From a virus (Duplodnaviria; Caudoviricetes), in the IMG/VR virus record IMGVR_UViG_3300032285_001526, positions 1 through 61,361 of that record: DNA of 61,361 nucleotides. The stretch is one strand, 5' to 3'. Under the pieces are notes generated by a model that was given only the letters and a program-made list of their open reading frames with translations, searched no databases and was not told the origin of the DNA. The translations under genes and the position numbers were made by a program. Positions 55,003 through 61,361 of this stretch are shown piece by piece. Position 1 is the stretch's first letter, and every line of letters begins with the position of its first letter.

Positions 55003-58000
55003 CTAGAACATTACGCAATCAGTCCCATCCCCATACGTTTCATTATTGATCTGCGGAGGCATCATTGCGTGCCCGTCCATTGAGTCGTTTTCGTTGCGCA
55101 GATACATCAAAGCTGCCTGCCAGTATTTCTGGCTCTGCTCCATAAAATCCTTGTCTTCAAGATCTACTGCGTGAACGGCAGCGACTACTGCCCGAGTGTT
55201 CTCGATAGGCACATAGTCGTAAACTGAAGTGATTTCAGGAGCTTTTACTCGATAAATAATGCGAGCCCAAGCGCAAGGCTTGCCAATGCGAATACGACGA
55301 TACTTAGGGTTGGTTTCGCTAGGATGGTATTGTCCGATAAGAGCCATATCGTTAGAACGACCATAATCAAACGCATACAACGAGACATATCCAACGGTAG
55401 TAGGTTTCTCAACGTGACGCACTGTTTTTACCAGCGTTTGAGAAGTGACCAAATCAGTGAAAAAGACCGACGTAATTGCATCCCCGCTCGTCAAATACTC
55501 AACCCGGCCCGTTACAGATGCTGTGTTCAAGGCATTGCCGAGAGTGTCGTAAAGCTCAAACGCACTACCGCTAATAGACCTAGCATAATAGATGACGGGA
55601 GTATTGTAGCTGCTCGCAACCAGCGGAACTGGAAGCGTGTCGTTTGTATTTGCCCGCACAGTAACCTGATTCCCTGTTTCAATCAGAGAACTAGGGCAAA
55701 CAATCGAGGTTGAAGCCAATGCAGTGAAAACTCTGACTACATTCAACACTAGCTGTCCAATACCTAAAGTGGTGAACACAACTGGAGTCCCACTTGCTAT
55801 TAACGTCACCCCATTGCCAGTGATGCTCTCAATCAAGTAAATGACAGAGGTGCTTAGTGGCGACGGCAGCGTCCCGCTTGTGGTGAATGAAACCCTCTGC
55901 CCCACAGACAAGTAAGCAGATGAATCCAGCGTGACAGTGTTCAGATACACAATCGGATTTGCAGCCAGAATGACTGATAAATACGACTGTCCAATCCCAA
56001 TCTGAAGCACCTCAATGGGAGTCACCAAAGACGAACTCGGATACAAGTAAGCCTCTGTGTCTGAAATCTTCCCTATGAAAACTACCGAATCCGGGGACGT
56101 TGATGGGTTCGTCACAGGGAGCTGGTAATCCGTTTGCAGGGTCACCGAGCTTCCACTTGCGATGCCAGCAAAGTCTCCCACCCATTTATTAGTAAATCCG
56201 ACCCCAAACGTGCGCGAGATGACGAGGTAGAAGTTGCCAGACCCAGTGGAAGTGATATTCACCTCAGAGTGATCCGAATTCCGCACAGTAAACGTGTTTG
56301 CGGAGCTGGGAGCCTCAGCGAGGTAGCTATTCCCCTGTTCGAGCGGCTGAGGCATCGTGCCAGAGCTTGAGAATTGCACAAAAACGCCAGTAGAAGGCGT
56401 TGCAGTAGCGACCGGGGCAGATGTGTACCCAGTGCCTTGTGCTACCATTATAACACTGGTCACAACGCCAGAGTTGATGACTGCCGTTGCAACAGCACCT
56501 TCGCCTTGTCCCCCGGTGAAAAATATCGCAGGCGCAGTGGTGTACCCGCTGCCTCCATCCACAACTTTGCACGCTTTAACAAAAGCTGTCGTGATGACGC
56601 AAGAAGCGGTCGCTCCAGAGCCGTCACCTCCAATTGTAATCCGAGGAGGGTACAGGTAATTAGCCCCGGGTGAAGTGAGAAAGATGCCATTAACGACATT
56701 CGACACTGTGTTCACCGACACGTTTGCCGACGCCCCGCTGCCAATAGAATTTAGAGTAATGCTCGTGACCTGCCCGCCAGAGATCTGCGCAGTGGCAACG
56801 GCTTCAAACCCGTTTGACGCTAACCCTCCACTAAACACGATTTTAGGGGGAGACAAGGGATCGTAACCACTCCCTACCGAGTCCATCACAACGGAAGAAA
56901 CGTACTGAATTCCCGTTGCTGTATCAGTGCTCAAGACTGCGTGAGCCGTTGCCTGACTGGTATGCGTGCCCCCGGAAACAATCACTGAAGGCACTGAGTT
57001 GTAATTGTACCCCCCAAAGTCTGCAAATGTGGCAGATGCACTCGTATAGCCAGTGCCAGCAGAATTGACATTTGCACTGGTAACCGGGCCAACTACCTGA
57101 GCCTGCAATATTGCTCCAGAGCCAGAAGCTGTGCCTAAGTTGAACCCAACTGCTGAAATGTTGTTTGTGGTTCCAGCAATTGCTGTTGCTGGAATCAGCT
57201 TTGCAATTGAAAAGTTCCCTGATCCAGCCGTCACAAAGTTGATGGAATTGGTCTTTGCAATCGCGTCAGTGTAGGAAGGATGCAATGTCAGCCCAAGCGG
57301 ATCTCCATCAACGGTTCCAACGTAATACGACTGTCCAACAACCAGAGGTTGAGGCAATACGCCTCCGTTAGTGTAGACTTCAACAGTATCTCCTGCCGAA
57401 AACCCGGGAACCGTTGGGAATGTCAGTTTTGTCTGAGCAGTTATTGCTTTCCGAATGCCAACACGCATTCCTGCCGTATTCCCGCTCAGATTGATGGGAT
57501 TGTTCTTATTTTGAGCATCAACGCGAGTTGCAAAGATCTGCAAATGCGTCAAATCGAGCTGATTGACAAAGTAGGTGACCCCGAGCTTGAGTGGCGAAGG
57601 AAGCGGCGTCGAAATATTGACCTGATAGAAATTCACCTCGTTTGGCGAATCAATAACAATGGAAGGAGCCGTCCCTAAGTCCAATGCCGTCAGCAGTTGT
57701 GCCTGCCTTGCATCTGTGAGCGTAATGGCATCTGCGTTGCACCCGACAATGCTTTGAAGCTGAATTGGGTTCTGCCCGTAGATTGCATCAAGCTCAGACT
57801 GATGTAGTTGAATAGTTACATCATCAATCACCCCAAGGTAATACTCAGCACCGACAGTTAAGTCCACTGGAGTGCTCCCAGAGGTCACAGATAAGGTTGC
57901 TGATGGCCCCGACGTTAACTGATGCGCTGTAGCCGACTCAAACTGAGTCAGCGGCTCAATTGACGAGGTCCGGGTTGAGATTGTGACCCCATCAGGCTGA

Positions 58001-58515
58001 ATTGTGCCGTAGGGGAAGTCTGACTGCGCGTGAATAGGCACCAGAAGCCCGTCCACCCCGGTGCCGTCATCCATTTGTGAGCGCAGATCCCGGTTATTAC
58101 TGTCAGTTCCAATTACTCGGATGATTTTGCCAGCGTCAGCCTCATGCTCGGCCACTGCAACAAGCTGAGATGGCTGACGAATATCCATTTGAGTTGCCAC
58201 CATCCCCCGGTCGTCCCACGCCCATCCGACCGGGTTGTACATGCCACCTTTGTTGACGTGGTATTGGAACAACCGACCCCGAAAATAGGTAGGAGACCCG
58301 TCCACATTGACCCCGAGCGGAACTTCAATGTTCCGGGGTAGCGTAATGGTCTGAGCGTCCCACCCAGTGCAAACATCGACCTCGGCATTGGTATGAAACC
58401 AGTGCCCGGACTGCATAAGTATCTGAACAGCCTGAGTTAACTTCCGATACGCCTTTGGCTTATCAGTCGTGCCAAGGATGTCCAGAACCTCGTCGATGAT
58501 TTGCGAGACGAACAT
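55003..58515 (-). CDS. Head-tail adaptor-like protein with large repeat insertion
   Basis: Helical termini flank repeats of GTLPxPL...Y and GSGYTxAPxV type. Confidence 0.65.
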   Translation of the reverse strand: MFVSQIIDEVLDILGTTDKPKAYRKLTQAVQILMQSGHWFHTNAEVDVCTGWDAQTITLPRNIEVPLGVNVDGSPTYFRGRLFQYHVNKGGMYNPVGWAWDDRGMVATQMDIRQPSQLVAVAEHEADAGKIIRVIGTDSNNRDLRSQMDDGTGVDGLLVPIHAQSDFPYGTIQPDGVTISTRTSSIEPLTQFESATAHQLTSGPSATLSVTSGSTPVDLTVGAEYYLGVIDDVTIQLHQSELDAIYGQNPIQLQSIVGCNADAITLTDARQAQLLTALDLGTAPSIVIDSPNEVNFYQVNISTPLPSPLKLGVTYFVNQLDLTHLQIFATRVDAQNKNNPINLSGNTAGMRVGIRKAITAQTKLTFPTVPGFSAGDTVEVYTNGGVLPQPLVVGQSYYVGTVDGDPLGLTLHPSYTDAIAKTNSINFVTAGSGNFSIAKLIPATAIAGTTNNISAVGFNLGTASGSGAILQAQVVGPVTSANVNSAGTGYTSASATFADFGGYNYNSVPSVIVSGGTHTSQATAHAVLSTDTATGIQYVSSVVMDSVGSGYDPLSPPKIVFSGGLASNGFEAVATAQISGGQVTSITLNSIGSGASANVSVNTVSNVVNGIFLTSPGANYLYPPRITIGGDGSGATASCVITTAFVKACKVVDGGSGYTTAPAIFFTGGQGEGAVATAVINSGVVTSVIMVAQGTGYTSAPVATATPSTGVFVQFSSSGTMPQPLEQGNSYLAEAPSSANTFTVRNSDHSEVNITSTGSGNFYLVISRTFGVGFTNKWVGDFAGIASGSSVTLQTDYQLPVTNPSTSPDSVVFIGKISDTEAYLYPSSSLVTPIEVLQIGIGQSYLSVILAANPIVYLNTVTLDSSAYLSVGQRVSFTTSGTLPSPLSTSVIYLIESITGNGVTLIASGTPVVFTTLGIGQLVLNVVRVFTALASTSIVCPSSLIETGNQVTVRANTNDTLPVPLVASSYNTPVIYYARSISGSAFELYDTLGNALNTASVTGRVEYLTSGDAITSVFFTDLVTSQTLVKTVRHVEKPTTVGYVSLYAFDYGRSNDMALIGQYHPSETNPKYRRIRIGKPCAWARIIYRVKAPEITSVYDYVPIENTRAVVAAVHAVDLEDKDFMEQSQKYWQAALMYLRNENDSMDGHAMMPPQINNETYGDGTDCVMF

Positions 58516-58518
58516 CGT

Positions 58519-58866
58519 TTATCGGGTCTTTGCGTTGCCTTCCTCCATCATTCCTTTGAGAAACTCTTCGTCTTCAGCAGCAGGGGCACCACCGGGCATC
58601 CCAGCTTCCTTTTCAGCCTCCATAGCACCTGCGGGAGCTTCTTTCCCAGCCTGAGCATTGACAGTTTTTGCCAGCTCATCAAGCCCCTGAGAAAGCTGCA
58701 TAACAATCTGATGCATAGCATCAAAAGCCCCTTTTGGCATCGAGATCATTACGTCTCCACCTTGGGGAGGAGCCATATCTCCCATAGGAGCGGTTGCGCC
58801 CATTTCGCCGGGCATTGCAGAAGCACCCTCCATAGGGTCGTTAGGAGGCATAGTTTTGTCGGCCAT
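58519..58866 (-). CDS. Acidic Met/Pro-rich small protein
   Basis: ORF track; own promoter upstream. Confidence 0.65.
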   Translation of the reverse strand: MADKTMPPNDPMEGASAMPGEMGATAPMGDMAPPQGGDVMISMPKGAFDAMHQIVMQLSQGLDELAKTVNAQAGKEAPAGAMEAEKEAGMPGGAPAAEDEEFLKGMMEEGNAKTR

Positions 58867-58893
58867 AGTATTTTAAGATGGTTGTTCTGCGGC

Positions 58894-58922
58894 AGAATAC
58901 TCTTACACAAATGAAAGGTCGA
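58894..58922 (-). promoter_or_regulatory. Putative sigma70-like promoter for the tail operon
   Basis: TCGACC-N17-TATTCT. Confidence 0.4.
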
Positions 58923-59621
58923 TTAATTTTTTGGCACCATATGAAGCCAATTCATTCTGGTGCACCTGCGTTCGTATTTAATAAAATCCAAAACATCTCC
59001 AGAAAGCTGAATATTGTCAGGGAGTGACGGTAGTATCTTTTTCCAATCATCAACAATATTCACAATCTTGTGCGTGTCCTGAAACCGAGCGATCAGCTCA
59101 TTTGTCACGCTCATCCTAAAGCAATCATGCATCTCAACGGTGATTGTTGCATTGGTTAATGCCGGGGCATTTTGAGGGTCAAGCACATCAACCTCTGCGC
59201 CTTCAATGTCTACAAACACCCAAGGATTAGCATACGCACCAAGGATTCTGTGCAGATTCTCGCAAGATAGATGAAGAAAAAAGCCATATTCCGTAATGCC
59301 ATTTGCAGCACAAGTTCTCTGGACTTCACTTTCGCAAGTTTGATCAATATCAATAAAAATTACACAAGCATCAGGATTGCGGACTTTAAACCCAGCTCCA
59401 TAGTAACCATCCCCGCATCCAAAGCTTACAAATGCATCGTGTTTTTGATGTAGTTCATAGTTTAAATAGCGATGAAGCACCTGCTCATAAGTCCCGAGCC
59501 ATTTCAAAATGACGTGCGCAGGACCGTATCTCTCTATCGGGTCAAGGTGCATTCCTTTAAACGGACCTTGAATAATTTTGCTGTTGCAAAATGCCTGAAT
59601 TTTCTGCTCTAATTCTTTCAT
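58923..59621 (-). CDS. SAM-dependent methyltransferase (FkbM-like)
   Basis: GPFKGM, LGTYE, SFGCGDGYYG, VDIEGAE, VEMHD. Confidence 0.85.
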   Translation of the reverse strand: MKELEQKIQAFCNSKIIQGPFKGMHLDPIERYGPAHVILKWLGTYEQVLHRYLNYELHQKHDAFVSFGCGDGYYGAGFKVRNPDACVIFIDIDQTCESEVQRTCAANGITEYGFFLHLSCENLHRILGAYANPWVFVDIEGAEVDVLDPQNAPALTNATITVEMHDCFRMSVTNELIARFQDTHKIVNIVDDWKKILPSLPDNIQLSGDVLDFIKYERRCTRMNWLHMVPKN

Positions 59622-60517
59622 ATTAATACATTTAGCCATCCATCAATCACAACTGACCAATCAAAGTTGTCTCTGACGTACTGCTGCGAGTATTCGCAGA
59701 CGTATTTGTACAAACCAGAGTTCTCTCGGTGCTTATTTATGTGTGCAACTGCGTCCGAGACAAAGTCTTGCTCGTCCATTTGCGCCAACTCACCAAAGCT
59801 GCCATCAAAGTAGCCAACATTGGTTGATATTACGAGCCTGCCTGCCGCAGCAGCCTCTAATGCCGGGAGCCCAGCAGTTTCGTAAGTTGATGGCACAATA
59901 AGACAGTCAATTGAGCGGTAGAACTCAGGCATTGCCAGAAAGTGCAGACGCTCATCTTGTCTCGCTGACGCATCAATTGGTACTCCAGTTCTTTCCGAAA
60001 CCAACTGAGCGAGATGCATTCTTTTGCACTCCTTGCCAGTGACCTCGGTTTGAAAGAACGCTCCAGCGTATCCTAGCCGTTGAATGCGCTCACTGACGGG
60101 AGTGTAGTAGAAGTCAAACTCAATTCCAACTTTGACTAGTGCCGGGACTCTGGAGATTCCGTATTCCTTAGAAGCAGGGATCAATTCAGCGTGATTAACA
60201 GCATATCCGGCCAACTCATCAAAAAAGGCTGTTCCAACGCCATTAATACCCCAGTAAATATCCTTCAGGTGATGAGCTATTGCCACTATTTTACTCGGAG
60301 AAACCCCGTAATGGTTTACGAGAAGATTGATGCGACAAGGAGTCGTCACAAACAGGTCAAATTTAGACGTGATATTCCGAAACTCTCTAAAGTTGTACTC
60401 CTTGCTCCAGTCTAGCAAGTGCGAGTAGATGCCATAGGACCACAGCCGCTTTATAAGAGCGTGATGGATCTGTCCGAAAGCCCACTCGTTCTCAATAAAG
60501 AAGACAATAGACCTCAT
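59618..60517 (-). CDS. GT4-type glycosyltransferase
   Basis: MPEFYRSIDCLIVPSTYETAGLPALEAAAAGRLVISTNVG. Confidence 0.9.
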   Translation of the reverse strand: MRSIVFFIENEWAFGQIHHALIKRLWSYGIYSHLLDWSKEYNFREFRNITSKFDLFVTTPCRINLLVNHYGVSPSKIVAIAHHLKDIYWGINGVGTAFFDELAGYAVNHAELIPASKEYGISRVPALVKVGIEFDFYYTPVSERIQRLGYAGAFFQTEVTGKECKRMHLAQLVSERTGVPIDASARQDERLHFLAMPEFYRSIDCLIVPSTYETAGLPALEAAAAGRLVISTNVGYFDGSFGELAQMDEQDFVSDAVAHINKHRENSGLYKYVCEYSQQYVRDNFDWSVVIDGWLNVLI

Positions 60518-61361
60518 ATGTACAGAGAGCGGAAGTTTAGACCATTAGGCGACAAGTGCCTATTGTGGTCTTCGTACCAGCCCTTTCCAGTCCAGATATC
60601 GTCAAAATCATCGAATGCACGCTCGAATTTTGGCCTCACAGCAGAAAGCGAAAAGTTCTCTTCAGCAAACCGAACCATTCGGTCTCTCCGAATAGTTGGC
60701 ACCAGACGAATAGCCCGGAGAATGTCTCCCATTGTGTTGCAGCGAAATCCGTTTGTGCCATCAACGATATACTCGGTCATCGCCCCCGAATCGGCGCAAA
60801 TAGGGACGCACCCGGAGAGCATCATCTCCACTGCGGTTCCTCCAAACGGCTCCCAGTACGTTGACAGCAGAAACCCAAAAGAAGCCTCAGAAAACAGCTT
60901 TTTGCGCAGCTCCGGGCCAGCGTAGCCGAGGTATTCAACGTGATCAGGCCATTTATCGAGGCCGATATCTTTGCAGGTGCCTTGACCAGCAATCACCAGC
61001 CTAATTCCAGCCCGGGCGCAGGCATCAATTGCAATGTGAACCCCTTTGTTGGTTCCAATACGGCCAATGTAAACTGCGTAATCCTTCCGCTCCTGCTTTG
61101 AGTCAAAATCTGCAAGGTTGAAGTAGTTTGGAACCACTCTCCAGTACCACTTTGGATCGCAATAGGTCACCCCATTGGTTCCCATAAACGCAGATTTGAG
61201 CGGATAAGACTCGTACAGTCTAAATTGCGCAAAAGCGTACCCGCATCCGATCCCGGGCTCGATAACAATCAAGTCCCCGTCTTGATTTGCAATGTCGCAA
61301 GCCGCTTTTGTGGCTCCCCAGAAGGCGAGGACTAGGTCGCCTTTCTGTTTCCGGGCGCGAA
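60514..61361 (-). CDS. GT4-type glycosyltransferase, 3' part (starts at 421 across the junction)
   Basis: YIGRI..NKG, EPFGGTAVE..LSG.P, E.I.DG.NGF motifs. Confidence 0.9.
   Translation of the reverse strand, partial: RARKQKGDLVLAFWGATKAACDIANQDGDLIVIEPGIGCGYAFAQFRLYESYPLKSAFMGTNGVTYCDPKWYWRVVPNYFNLADFDSKQERKDYAVYIGRIGTNKGVHIAIDACARAGIRLVIAGQGTCKDIGLDKWPDHVEYLGYAGPELRKKLFSEASFGFLLSTYWEPFGGTAVEMMLSGCVPICADSGAMTEYIVDGTNGFRCNTMGDILRAIRLVPTIRRDRMVRFAEENFSLSAVRPKFERAFDDFDDIWTGKGWYEDHNRHLSPNGLNFRSLYI
61239..61361. repeat. Terminal duplication of 1-123
   Basis: Identical sequence. Confidence 0.97.

Overview
The window is a complete, circularly assembled tailed-phage genome of 61,238 unique bp (bases 1-123 recur at 61239-61361). 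Essentially all real genes lie on the minus strand. The architecture is podovirus-like: small and large terminase (the large subunit carries a LAGLIDADG intein), portal, scaffold, major capsid, lysis cassette, collagen-like and other fibres, adaptor/nozzle, several ejection-type proteins and a 3370-aa polyvalent protein. A lambdoid-style replication/recombination module is also present (DUF1376 initiator, DnaC-like ATPase, RusA, SSB-like, RecT-like, exonuclease). I found no integrase, DNA polymerase, tRNA or CRISPR array. A Verrucomicrobiota-like host is a tentative inference from the FGE-domain subfamily and the lack of Shine-Dalgarno motifs. The best candidate for an undescribed system is a probable protein-modification toolkit: a PurD-like ATP-grasp ligase coupled to an HExxE protein fused to an Erv1/Alr-type sulfhydryl oxidase domain, together with four glycosyltransferases, a methyltransferase, Cys-containing structural proteins and a Thr/Ser-rich collagen fibre. 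Other highlights are RFMP-delimited modules in the giant protein, a promoter-anchored structured RNA leader, a gene interrupted by a single in-frame TAG, and apparent genome-wide CCWGG avoidance. All family calls are by-eye motif recognition, not database searches.
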